From NCBI RefSeq assembly GCF_009914755.1, contig NC_060934.1: a stretch of 64,000 bases of DNA, one strand, 5' to 3'. Positions 13,491-31,427 of this stretch are shown piece after piece. The translations under genes were made by a program, and so were the position numbers. This DNA comes from the human T2T-CHM13v2.0 reference genome, Homo sapiens. Positions within the stretch are counted from its first letter, which is position 1. Each line of letters begins with the position of its first letter. The notes under the pieces are model-generated. The model saw only the letters and a list, made by a program, of their open reading frames with translations. It made no database searches and was not told where the DNA came from.

Positions 13491-14481
13491 TGGATGATAA
13501 AGCAGTCTGCCACTCTCTTGAATGGAAGAAGATGGGGGTACTGTGCTGTCATATGATTATTTTTCGAGGACATTTTCTTTGAGCAGCAAAAGTTATTAAA
13601 TAGTACAAAGAGTAAAAAATAGATCTGGTCAAGACCATTGATCTGGGGAAGAGAGGGTATTCAGGATAAGATACAGCCTGTCTACCACACATCTCTACTA
13701 TGTACCATTTATGGCAGATATTCCCATGTATTTCTATTGTCCAGCAAACACCAAACAGACCCTTACGCTTAAATTCTGGAAATTCTTTAGGGTGCTCATT
13801 TATTTTAAAATACAATTAGAATCGAGCTTCTTTCCTGGTTATTTAATATTCTCTTGATAATAGACATATATTTTTAGTTTTAATTCTAATGGATGAAATC
13901 ACCTTTCTACCTTATAAATATAATAATCATTGTAAAGAACCTTTGAACCATATAAAAAACAATAAATAAAAAGAGAAATTTATCTCCCTTGGAAGCCTTC
14001 CCTCTCTATCCTGCCCTCAGAGAGAATGTGTTATCTCATCTCTTATTCTTCCAGATAATTTGTATGTATTTATGCAAACACATGTATATATATATGTATT
14101 ATCACTTTTGTTTTATTTCATTGAATTTTAATGAATCTTTTGGGAAATACATTAGTCCTAGAGTAGAATCATGCTGTAAAATAGATGAGTAAGCACATTA
14201 ACAAACTAGAAGATTAAGGAGCAAAATAGAAAACAACTGAAAACATTCAGTTGCTAATCAAATTGTCAGCTGATAGGATTCTTAAATGACAGATATTCTA
14301 GGCAGAACTGACCTGAGAGAAGGACTACGTAAAATGGTCTGTTTTGGGGGGTTATTTATAGGGGATAGGACTAGGGTCATTGTGGAAGATGGCCACCAAC
14401 AATTCCTCCATGCCTCTACACGCATGCCACCCTTCCCACCAAAAGGAGATGGAGTCTGTTTCCCCTCCCTTGAATCTTTTT

Positions 14482-15833
<1,352 letters not shown>

Positions 15834-15998
15834 AATAACTTATTAATAGCCACAGAACGATTATCAAAACCAGGAAATTAGCACAAGGTACGAACCTTAT
15901 ATGAAATTCACTTGTTTTTGTAGTGATGTTCTTTTTCTGTTCCAAGATTTAATCCAGGTTCCCTTACTTGCTCTTAGTTGATATGTCTCCTTAGTCTG

Positions 15999-18870
<2,872 letters not shown>

Positions 18871-19639
18871 GTTGTAGCTGGAGGATGGATCATGATAGAC
18901 TATTTCCCAAATTGACTGGCAACAATTTCTCATCCCAGCTGCTACTTCCATCAAGGAGTATCTTTCCCTTCCTTTTGAATCTGGGCTGTCCTTGTGACTT
19001 GCTTGGCCAAGAGAATGCAGTGGAAGTGACATTCTGGGACTTCTGAACCCAGGATTTAAGAGACCCTGTATTTTCTGCTGTCTTCCTCTTGGGATCCAGG
19101 CACTGTATAAAGAAGCCTGGGTTGGACCACTGAATAATGAGCAACCACACAAAGAAAGGAGGCTCCTAACCATTTTTAGCTACTCTAGCTGAGGTCCCAG
19201 ACATGTGGTAAGCTATCTTGGACATTCCAGACCCAGCCAAATTCACAGCTGAATAAAGCACGTCTGACCCTAGCTAATGTCATTGGGGAGCCGACCTGTC
19301 CAGCTGTGCCCTTCCCCAATTGCAGAATTGTGAGGAAATAAATGGTGGTAGTTGTTTTGAGCCACTAAGTTTTAAGCGGCCCCCATGGTATCAGTTCAGG
19401 TCAGACATGTGCTTTATTCTGCTGTGAGTTTGGCTGGGTCTGGAATGTCCAAGATGGCTTCCCACATGTCTGGGACCTCAGTTAAAGTAGCTAAAATGGT
19501 TAGGGACTCCTTTCTTGCTGTGGTTGCTCATCATTCAGTGGTCCAGCCCAAGCTTCTTTACACAGTGCCTGGGTCCCAAGAGGAAGACAACAGAAAGTTT
19601 TAAGGTAATTTATTATGCAGCAATAGATAATTGAAAACA
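18871..19639 (+). mobile_element. MLT1-type MaLR LTR containing an internal inverted duplication
   Basis: TGAATCTGGGCTGTCCTTGTGACTTGCTTGGCCAAGAGAATG; TTTTGAGCCACTAAGTTTT...TTATGCAGCAATAGATAA LTR end. Confidence 0.75.
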
Positions 19640-19646
19640 ATTATCC

Positions 19647-19941
<295 letters not shown>

Positions 19942-20468
19942 AAAACAATTATCAAATGTCAGGGTATCTTCCTATTGCTTTACCTTTACTCTGTGGGCTG
20001 GGAAGAAGTTGTAACAATGTCAGCCATAGAAGTCAAGTTTTCAATGCAGACTAAATTCCATGACAGTGAACACTATATGCCATAGTAGTCACTGCTCTGT
20101 CCATAGAGCTTAGAACAGTATTGCCACTTAATAGGCTCCCAAATATTTGTTGATTGAATCATTAAATAAATGAATTGAGATAAGATCCCCTACCCTCAAG
20201 AGGATGGACAAAAAAGATTCTTTAAATGGAGTGTGGAGTCTTAATAAGGGAAAAGAAGTAAAGAAAAAGCAGATAAGCTCTAAGTCTGCCTTTTTTCATG
20301 GTCCAGGGCTATTTGTCCCATGCATTTTCTCTTTGAAAAAGGTGCTGTTTTTTGTGATGCCTTAGAGGCCAGAAGGATGTTTTGAAGGGGAAAATTGTAG
20401 GAGTTAGGCAGAGCAGGGTTTTGGCTCCTTCTCAATGTCCCTCTACCTAGACAAATTCGGGCTATTCT

Positions 20469-20537
20469 GCAGAGGTTGCAGTGAGCCATGATCACGTCAC
20501 TGCACTCCAGCCTGAGGAACAGAGGGAGACTCCGTCT

Positions 20538-20570
<33 letters not shown>
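20469..20570 (+). mobile_element. 5'-truncated Alu (3' end only)
   Basis: GCAGAGGTTGCAGTGAGC...CTCCGTCTC plus long poly(A). TSD-like AAATTCGGGCTATTCT / AAATTTCGGCCTACTCT. Confidence 0.85.
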
Positions 20571-20575
<5 letters not shown>

Positions 20576-21085
20576 GGCCTACTCTATGAAGCACCTGGTA
20601 GGTGTCCCAATATTTTCTGGTATATGGGAATTACCTTTTTCTATTATTGGAAGGTCTAAAAAGCAAACAATGTGCTCCATATGGCTAGAGTTAGTATTAA
20701 GGGGACCAAGTAGAATAATTGGTAGCTAGTGTTAGCCTGGAGACTAACATAGTCAAAGCTGTCTTGTCATGTTATGTCTTTTTTATTTGTATTGCTCCAC
20801 GGTCCAAGACAAAATTTCTGAACGCCACTTGGACACAGTGAGTACCTGGTCTGCTCTATTGTTCTCAGGAGCAACCAACTCAACCCTTATTTCTCTGAGA
20901 ATGATGATTTCATACAGCACATCTCTCTACCAAGATGTGAAAGATGACACCATGGCATCTGAAATAGCTTCAGGAGAGATTTGGGACATGGGAAGCTTGT
21001 AGACAATAATGGAAAATTCTCTTTTAGAATATAGTTACTTGTATGACCCACAGTAGCGCCTTTTGGAGAATGTCTTAAAATTATC

Positions 21086-21091
21086 TTTATT
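21086..21091 (-). terminator. KLLN: Candidate poly(A) signal of the KLLN transcript
   Basis: AATAAA on the minus strand (TTTATT) ~2.8 kb past the KLLN stop. Fits my recall of a ~4.3-kb single-exon KLLN mRNA. Confidence 0.5.
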
Positions 21092-21648
21092 GAAAGAACA
21101 ATAATGTTTGTTATTAGGATAAATGAAATAAGGGGAAAACCTCAGACCCTTGGAACAATGGGTTTACATTCAATCCAATGATTATTATGTTTTTATATTC
21201 TGTATTATTTAGAAAACAGTAGTTAAACAGACAGAAATACAGAAGATTGTTTAAAAATTAAAGCTATTGAGTTAGATCCCTTTTTGAAAGGTCAGCGTAT
21301 GGGAGATGAGAAAGGCACTATAGAGATCAGAGTGTTTACACAAAAGACATCTTAGCAGATGACCTACAAAGAGCACATCAAGTATTTATATCATCCACAT
21401 CAAGTTGCTGGTCATTTCGCTTATCAAAGAAAATAAGAAAGAAATTTTCTTTCGACATTATTTTGGTGTAGTAACAATAGAGTTTTGGAATCAGCTGTTA
21501 GAAGCGATAATTAAAGCTAGTTTACCATGCTTACTAATCAATCTACATAGTCACCCTGAAGCTTTATATAATTGTCCCTTTGTTACAAGCTTCTACTTCT
21601 CCCTATGGTATTCTGGTTCTGAATCCAGACAGGTAAAGAACTAAGTAT

Positions 21649-21987
<339 letters not shown>

Positions 21988-23853
21988 CTATACAGCCAAG
22001 CAGGTATTTTCAACTGAACTTTAAAAAAGTACTATTTTTGAAACTTTCTTTAGTTTAGATAGGGCCAGCCATTTGGGTAGAAAGGAAAAGAAAAACAAAA
22101 AATTGGAAAAGGATGCATCAGTATTTCTTTCAGAAACAACTTAACACTAGGAACAGAAGGAGGATTTTATTCACCAACTCCTAATAACCACCTGATGTTG
22201 CTGTTGGGCTGGCCAAATATCTGCCAACATTGATGATCCTTTCATTCACCACTAGAGAGAAGTAGAGGGACCTGATGTTTAGAGAAGCAGTAAAACCCAT
22301 TTCCCATTTTCTTTCTTCAGCCGGATGGAAGTACTTGGAGGCTGGTCTCATATTCTAGCACTTTAGTGCTGGTGATGCAGATTATCTCTGCTCCAGAGTA
22401 ACTCTGTGCCATGGAATCCAAGAGGATTCTGTCGCACCAGGACAGGAATGCACCCTTGTTTCATTTGCTTCCATGAAAGCAGATTTCAGAGATTCTCAGA
22501 TGCTATGAGACTAATTGTCACTTAGGGTAGGCTCCAGGGGAGGGACAGAGAAGGGCAGTGCTAATAACAGGGACTCTGGAGACAAGATCAGCAATCTAAG
22601 AAACAAATGTGAGACATTTTACCCCTCCCTAATCTACTCCCCTTTTAAAAGTTCATCTTCATTTTCCCTTTTTCTACCACGCAGTAATTGATAATTAAAC
22701 ACAGCTCTGGTTTTTACCATGCAATCTAGTAGAACACCTAGACATCAGGAACTCCTTATCTTTGGTTATTTATACAATAATGAAATCTGTAGTTCACGCT
22801 AGGCTGTGTGGACAGTATCTGCATCTCTGGAAATCAACTGGAGGCCTTTCTCTTACTCTTTTCCGGTTGCTTTCCATTTCCTTTTCCACTGTGGTCCTTG
22901 CCTTTCCCAAGCTGACCAGAACTATGCACAAAACCAGTCTTCAATAAATATCAACACTGAAGCTTCAGCAGGTTGTTAACTCCTGCACAGCTATCTTAAA
23001 TGCTGTATATAAGTGCAAAGTTTTATGGAGCCTCAGAGGTCTCTAAGAACACTGTAAATATCCCAGGTTTAATTAGTAGTCCCGGAGTTAGGTAATGGCC
23101 TGTGGCTTTCTGCGCTAGGTCTCTTGAGGTTTCTAGTCTTCAGAGGTTGCCTGCAACTATGATGTGCACATATACAGTACTCTTTCTCAAATACAGCATA
23201 AACCCTCTTTAGACTTTGCTAGGCACTTACAATTATTGAACACACATGCAGATTGATTCTCATTCTCTCAAAGTTTGAAAAACAACTCAGTGCTTCAACC
23301 TAGGTCTCGTTAGATATTTTTTGACTCAAATTGTCGTCTGTAGTTCTACTTCCTAAGGGAAATGAAAAAACAATAAATTCCCAGACTGGTGTTGATGCTC
23401 ATTCTCTTTAAGCGGGTCGACTACTTGCTTTGTAGATCCTTGACGGGTGGGGTGCGGGGTAGGAGTGCGATCCAACTCTCAGCATTTCCGAATCAGCTCT
23501 CTCACGGTGACAGGTCAGCCCAATCGGGGCTGTAAACAGACTTGACAGGTTTGTTCTGGGCTGACGGCCATTGACTAGGTTCTCAGACCAGATAAGTCAC
23601 TTGGCTGAGTCCACAGTAGGTGGGGCGCGCTCACCAGCTCAGGGGTAGTGACTGGACGTTTGTTGCAACATCGGAGAATGCACGCTCTGGGCTGCAGCAG
23701 GAGATACCCTCAAGCACAGAACCAAAAGGGTTCACCCTAAGCGGCAGGGCATCAGCGATGGAGAGGCCCGAGAGCCCTAGCGCCCAGCTCCTTTTCCCAC
23801 GTTTGGGAAGGCGCAGAATAGGTCGATGTAGAGCAAGGAGTGAGTCTCAGGTC

Positions 23854-24390
23854 TCAGTCCTTTGGCTTGCTCTTAGGGTAGCAGGCGAGGAGTGGCACCA
23901 GTTTGGGGACTCTCTCCCCGCGTTCTGTAAGAATCGGCGGCAGCCAGCAGGCGGGGAGGCGGGGGCACGTGTTTGGATGTGGGTGCTTGTGTAACCAGTT
24001 CCCCAAGCGCCAGCCCCGACAGCGCTCCTTCGGGAGGCTGGTCCGAGCCCCTGTTTCCGCCGCGGCGCAGGAAGGGTTGGGGTTCCGCTGCCTGCACCAG
24101 GCAAGAGCACCCCGAGCAAAGGAAGAAGACGACTTGCCTCCGGAGCTATCACTGGGGAGTGGGAATTTGGAAAGTTCCCCAACTAGGGACACACGTGACC
24201 TCCTTCGGAAAGTAGTTCCGACTGTGGCCCGTGTATCCTTCCACCTCCTTTTGAACCCTCCTAGGTCTCCTCGCCCCGCCCACTCGCTGGGCTGCAGCTT
24301 CCTACCGTTCCGTACTTTCCACTCAACCCGGTAACCCCAAACGTGCACGGTCCGGCCGGGGCGCGCGGAGCCTGGCCCCGGGCGATCCAT
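23854..24390 (-). CDS. KLLN: Killin, p53-regulated DNA replication inhibitor (178 aa, intronless)
   Basis: ATG-initiated ORF MDRPGPGSARPGRTVHVWGYRVEWKVRNGRKLQPSEW...YPKSKPKD, recognised as killin. Divergent from PTEN. Confidence 0.95.
   Translation of the reverse strand: MDRPGPGSARPGRTVHVWGYRVEWKVRNGRKLQPSEWAGRGDLGGFKRRWKDTRATVGTTFRRRSRVSLVGELSKFPLPSDSSGGKSSSSFARGALAWCRQRNPNPSCAAAETGARTSLPKERCRGWRLGNWLHKHPHPNTCPRLPACWLPPILTERGERVPKLVPLLACYPKSKPKD
24192..24199. promoter_or_regulatory. USF/MiT-type E-box (CACGTGAC), ~2.18 kb upstream of the PTEN ATG
   Basis: CACGTGAC (GTCACGTG on minus). Position agrees with my recall of a conserved USF element upstream of PTEN. Confidence 0.65.
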
Positions 24391-25222
24391 CCTGCCGGGT
24401 TTTCACGGCGGCCAAGGGGGGGCGGGGCTAGGTGGTCTCTGAGAACCGAGCTTGACTCCGACGCCGCGAACCGACCTGGAGCCCGAGGGGAAAGATGCTC
24501 GACTCTCTTGGGGGCACCGGAGCGGGCGCAGGAGAGGCCTGCGGGGTGCGTCCCACTCACAGGGATCCTCTTTCAGTTCATTTAGATAGGTGCCCTTTGG
24601 GCCCTTGAAATTCAACGGCTATGTGTTCACGTTCAGCACGCTCGGCTGAGAGCTTTCATTTTTAGGGCAAACGAGCCGAGTTACCGGGGAAGCGAGAGGT
24701 GGGGCGCTGCAAGGGAGCCGGATGAGGTGATACACGCTGGCGACACAATAGCAGGTTGCTCTTTGTGCTAAGACTGACACCATGAGGACACAGATTTGGG
24801 GGAAGGGGGAATCTCTAGGCAAAGGCTGTTACAGTCAAATCTCTGCGAACGATTGTGATCCGACAGCGGTGCAAAAGGAAAGAGCGAATGCAGTCCACGC
24901 CGCGGAAATCTAGGGGTAGAGGCAAGGGGGGAGGGTATTCCCCTTGCAGGGACCGTCCCTGCATTTCCCTCTACACTGAGCAGCGTGGTCACCTGGTCCT
25001 TTTCACCTGTGCACAGGTAACCTCAGACTCGAGTCAGTGACACTGCTCAACGCACCCATCTCAGCTTTCATCATCAGTCCTCCACCCCCGCCCCACAACA
25101 GCCTACCCTGCCTCCGGCTGGGTTTCTGGGCAGAGGCCGAGGCTTAGCTCGTTATCCTCGCCTCGCGTTGCTGCAAAAGCCGCAGCAAGTGCAGCTGCAG
25201 GCTGGCGGCTGGGAACCGGCCC

Positions 25223-25256
25223 GAGCAAGCCCCAGGCAGCTACACTGGGCATGCTC
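25223..25256. promoter_or_regulatory. p53 response element shared by PTEN and KLLN
   Basis: Two perfect RRRCWWGYYY half-sites, GAGCAAGCCC (25223-25232) and GGGCATGCTC (25247-25256), with a 14-nt spacer. Confidence 0.88.
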
Positions 25257-25424
25257 AGTAGAGCCTGCGGCTTGGGGACTCTGCGCTCGCACCCAGAGCT
25301 ACCGCTCTGCCCCCTCCTACCGCCCCCTGCCCTGCCCTGCCCTCCCCTCGCCCGGCGCGGTCCCGTCCGCCTCTCGCTCGCCTCCCGCCTCCCCTCGGTC
25401 TTCCGAGGCGCCCGGGCTCCCGGC

Positions 25425-25433
25425 GCGGCGGCG
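25425..25433 (+). promoter_or_regulatory. EGR1 site
   Basis: GCGGCGGCG at -947..-939 from the ATG, the position I recall for the functional EGR1 site. The motif is common in this leader. Confidence 0.6.
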
Positions 25434-25461
25434 GAGGGGGCGGGCAGGCCGGCGGGCGGTG

Positions 25462-25557
25462 ATGTGGCGGGACTCTTTATGCGCTGCGGCAGGATACGCG
25501 CTCGGCGCTGGGACGCGACTGCGCTCAGTTCTCTCCTCTCGGAAGCTGCAGCCATGA
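25462..25557 (+). CDS. MLDHR: uORF micropeptide MP31 (mitochondrial lactate dehydrogenase regulator), 31 aa
   Basis: ATG 25462 to TGA 25557 encodes MWRDSLCAAAGYALGAGTRLRSVLSSRKLQP, exactly 31 aa, in the PTEN leader. Confidence 0.8.
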   Translation: MWRDSLCAAAGYALGAGTRLRSVLSSRKLQP

Positions 25558-25660
25558 TGGAAGTTTGAGAGTTGAGCCGCTGTGAGGCGAGGCCGGGCTC
25601 AGGCGAGGGAGATGAGAGACGGCGGCGGCCGCGGCCCGGAGCCCCTCTCAGCGCCTGTGA

Positions 25661-26509
<849 letters not shown>

Positions 26510-29500
26510 TAGACGGATGCGAAAATGTCCGTAGTTTGGGTGACTATAACATTTAACCCTGGTCAGGTTGCTAGGTCATATATTTTGTGTTTCCTTTCTG
26601 TGTATTCAACCTAGGGTGTGTTTGGCTAGACGGAACTCTTGCCTGGTTGCAAGTGTCAAGCCACCGATTGCTTTCTTAGGCTATCTATATGGTCTCTTCC
26701 TGAGGGCTATTGTCCGTTAATACAGAATACAGTACACTGTTAGTGGATTAGCGAGCTCGGTAATCCGGTCTCCTAAATGAACAAAAAAGTAGACGCTTTT
26801 TGAGGTTGAGCATATTTCGATTAAATCTTGGCTTAGGCCCTAGATCAAGGGTTTAGATCAGAATAAAATGAAAATTAGTGTTGCACGTACGCATATTGCA
26901 TCAGAATCTTGCAGTGATTGTTTTAGTTTCCTGAGTTGCATTGATAGATTCTTTTAAAATATGACTGATTTGCATAACTTTAGAAGCAGAATCATTTTCA
27001 GTATATATGGTGCACATTGAGGGCAAAAAGTAGTTTTGTTAATGTTTAAACTTAAGTTACCTACAACTTTGAACTGTATGTAGAAGTTTTGTAGTTTGAA
27101 GTCAATAGTGCCATAATATACCTTATAAGGCGTTCTTACTAGATCTTTGTTATATTTACCTTTTTCTCTCCCTATGGGGTGATGTAGGATAGTGCTTGAA
27201 ATTTGCACTTCAGTAGCATTTAATGTTCAGTGCTCTTGTCATAAACATAGAATGGATATTGAGTAGTTTCTGATCCCAGATGGTAATGTGTAGGTTCAAG
27301 GGTATTGTGTGTAGCAAGTGAAGATTGCAGAAATAAAACTTCAGTTCATGCTTGAAATTTAAGTATTGTTGTGATGCCAGAATTGCTGCTCACCGTTTTT
27401 AGGTTTCAGGTCCTCTGACACCTTTTGGTATCGTTAATTTTACTGATTTGTGTAGAATGTCAGTTGTATTTTACCAGCTAATATCTAGAAATGCTGGCAA
27501 GAGGGGTTTACTCCAGCTTTAGATTGTAGGTATGTTAGCTTTTTTCATACAGTGTATTAAATTTACTGAGTCAGCTTGCTGAATAAGACAGAAGCCCAAG
27601 AATTTTAACAGTGTGTAGCTTTAGTTGTCTAAAAGTTAGGCCTTCGGGCTTCAAAAGTTAGTGGTCATCGAAAAGCATTAATCTTTGCAGTTTCAGGTAC
27701 AACACATTGGTTTTGATTAGGGATGGGGATGGGGCCCTCTTTTTGCAGAATGGGGAAAGTATTGACAGGAATTGAGAGCTATTGGTAGGCCAGTGTATAA
27801 GGTATGTGAAAACAGAATTAAGTTATTGGTCTGAAGTGACTGAAGCATTTAGGCTCTATCAAGGCCTAAAATTTGGTAATATGAGTTTGGTAATGCGAAT
27901 TGTGGCAGTGGACAATATTTAGTTAAAATTATGTAATTGCATAAGTACTAGCACAGTATTTTTAATAAAAGTTATTTCTTAGCAAATGTCAGTTGCATTT
28001 TGTCTAAAGGTAGAGTGACACTACAGTGTCTATATGTCCTGCTAAAAATTGTGGGGAATATTTTTTTTTAAGACAGCGTTTATATCGGGAGAGGTTTTAT
28101 TCCGTTGGATTATGTTAGCTGCATATAAATGTGCACAGTTAATTTTGCCCAAGTTTTTGTTTTGAAATGAATGTAAAACTTACTGAAGAAGTAGCTTCCC
28201 AAAATTTAGTTTTCTGTTAAGCCAAAAATATTATTTTAAAAGAGTATTTGCAAATTTTGAAGTTGACATTAATTGAGAATGTTACTAAGGCTAAACTGGA
28301 CCCGCTTGCCCAGAAGATAATTATGGAAAAATTCTTTTGTGACTTCCAAAGCAGTCTACTATTAGCATGAATTACTGACAGTCATCCAAATATATAGGAA
28401 CAAAAAATTAAATGTTTATGTAACTTTGAAAAAAAAGCCTTTGAAGAAAATAATTGAATGCTGTCTGGGAGACAGATTTCTTTCAGCACTTAAAGTACAT
28501 AACACACTACTTTTACTTTTCCCACTTGATTTTAAATTATCAGGGTTATTAAGACCTTAAAATTATTTTACCAGGTTTTTACATGTGAGCTGTGACATGA
28601 CTGGCATTTTCTTTGATTTCAGCGTATGTTGGTCTCTACACATGAAATTTGTGTGACTTAAAACTTTCTCTAAAACTGTACTTTTAGTTATGATATGCAT
28701 AGAAAGCAGTATCAAATATTGCGTCAAATGACTAATAACACTTAATTTCTAGAGTTGTGGTTTTATTGAGCCAAAAGTTGATATGAAAAAAAGTCAGTAA
28801 GGAAAGTCAGTGAAGTGCTTGCTTTTTTGATAATTGCACTCCCAATAATTTTGATATTCCAACGTACTTGGTTTGCTTGTTTTCACGTTAATGTTTTCTG
28901 TTTATTGGAGTGGGAAGGCATTAAAATTGTCATTGAAGACTTTGTCTTTGACATGTTGTAGTATTTATTTCAGTAACTAACCTGTGAAAAGTTAAATTCC
29001 TTTATGAAAGTAGTGATTGGAGTATTTTTATCTGATAAAGAAAGATTAATAATGAAGCCATTTCTCCGAGGAAAATTGAGGACAATAATTCAGTTTTAAA
29101 ATATTATCGCAAAATTAAATTATTCTAAAAATTTGTTAGTAGGGTTATATGCTTAATATTAGTCTGAAATATAGTGCTGAATTTGAGACTATAGAAAAAT
29201 TAAGTGTATTTAGGGTATGTGGAAACGTTAGGCTTCTGTTGTATTTTTATTGTTTGGTAGATTTGCCTCTTTTCAAATAAATGTTCACAGGGAATACTTT
29301 TAACTTGTAGAGAGTACAGTGACTATTGAAGTTACCTAAATTACCTCAAGGTAAGTGATTACTGAAATTAATCATGAGGGTTTTAAAAAGTATTCTATTC
29401 ACAACATTTATTTTACATTGTTTTGTATCTGCTAAGTTATATTTCCTGAAAAACATGACTGGACCACCTAATTGCTGTATGATAACTTACAAACTTCATT

Positions 29501-31121
29501 TTTCATAGTGCTTATTCAAGTGTAAAGCACAACTGAAAGGAGTAATGTACAGTTTATATGAGGAAAAAGGAATTTTATTGCTGCCAGTGTAAAAGTTTGC
29601 ACAGCAGTATAGTCATCAATGCAGATTTACATTGCTTATAATATACTAAGTAAATACTAAATGATTAAAGATAATAAAATATGGTGAGGTATAACCACCT
29701 TCATTTTAAACTTAGTTTTAGAAGATAGTAAAGAAAGATTCCTTTATTACCTTTTTAGAATTTTATTTTTAATAACATGGGAAAGGCAACTGGTGATATT
29801 TTAATTTTTGTATGGAACAGTGCATCTGCTTTCTCATAGCCACATAAAATACATAAACTTCTTAGTGTTATGAAATGGCTTACTTTTTGGAAGTGAAGAA
29901 GTCTTCAATTCTTATTTTCTAATGTTATTTTGAAATTTGCCTCCATTTGCTGTTTGTTCATTTGGTGATAGCGCAACACTTAAAAAAATATTTTAAGCCG
30001 CTTCTGAAGTAATCACTTCAGTGACTTTTAATGGAGGAGTATTTGTTATGGGAAATTCACTTCACAAAGTTTTAACATTAATTCACTTGAAGTAAACGTG
30101 CTATTTTTAAATTTTCATCTCAATCTTTTAAGTAAGACGAAAGCTTAGGAAATCACTTTTATTATTGATATTGTGTGTGACTTCAGAGTTTGTAAAGAGA
30201 ATTGTAGAAGTGTTGCATGCATATGACAATTTTCTGCTTAATTGAAATGTGAGGCCTCTGCCATACTACAAGGATTTAGCTTCCAGAAAATGTAATATTA
30301 ACATAGCTTAAGAAATGTATTTTTTTTTTTCTGTAGAAACCGTTGGGTTAAACAAACAGTTCAGAAGTTTTATTACATGGAACCCATTAGTTCTTAATCT
30401 TGTTACCTTTTTCTTCATTTTTTCTGTTAAACTTGATTTTCACAGTCAGCATTGAAGAATTCATCTTGTGGCCTGAATTCATTAAGAAAAGATGTTAGGA
30501 TTTGTTCTGAAGATAGTGACTTAGGAAATTTGTGAGACTGGGGTCAGTCAGTTCTGTTTTACAATTGCTTTCTATTTGGTAGCTTTGAAATTAATTTAGT
30601 TGCTTATCAGAGAGAATAATGTTGAGGTTAGACTAACCTTAAATTGGTAAGGCTTTGCTGAGCAAACTGATAACTGTAAGTCTTTTATAGGGTGCATTAC
30701 TGCCACATATACGTTCTTCCATAGGTGGTTAAAAGTATATTGGTCTGTGTTTGGTGATTCTCTTTGTACATATTGAGTATATGCATTCACTAATGTAAAA
30801 TAATTTGCCAAGAAAGGTGAAATTAGTATATTGTACTTGACTATTCACCTTTCCCTTAGTTTTTTGAATTTTTTTCATTGGTTGCAGAGGAAGTATTAGC
30901 AATTTAATTCTTTTAAAATAATTTGCACTGGAATAAATAAGTATCGGCAAATATAAGAAGAGTAACATAATTTAAGGGTGAATTAATTTTATTTGGGAAG
31001 TTTTAGTTCTGTATAGTTAAGGCAGATTCTTCATTTGCAACAGTTGACATTGGGACATGTGTGAACATCTTCAAGGTATTAGGACATCTTCAAGGCATTA
31101 CTTTTTGGCAGTGTTGAGAAT

Positions 31122-31427
31122 TTTTTTTTTTTTTTTTTTTTTTTTGAGATGGAATCTCGCTCTATCGCCCAGTCTGGGGTGCAGTGGCAGGATCTCGGCT
31201 CACTGGAACCTCTGCCTCCCAGGTTCAGGCGATTCTCCTGCCTGAACCTCCCAAGCAGCTGGGATTATAGGTGCATGCCACCACGCCCAGATAGTTTTTG
31301 TACTTTTAGTAGAGATGGGGTTTTACCACCTTGGCCAGGCTGGTCTCAAACTCCAGACCTCAAGTGATCCGCCTGCCTCGGCCTCCCAAAATGCTGGGAT
31401 TACAGGCGTGAGCCACTGCGCCTGGCC
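31122..31427 (-). mobile_element. AluS-type SINE
   Basis: Antisense Alu with poly(T). TSD AGTGTTGAGAAT at 31110 and 31428. Confidence 0.94.

Noticed and set aside
23620-24615. Several ORFs overlapping or antisense to KLLN (e.g. 23903-24334 +, 143 aa)
   Set aside because: Shadow frames of GC-rich sequence with no homology I can recognise.
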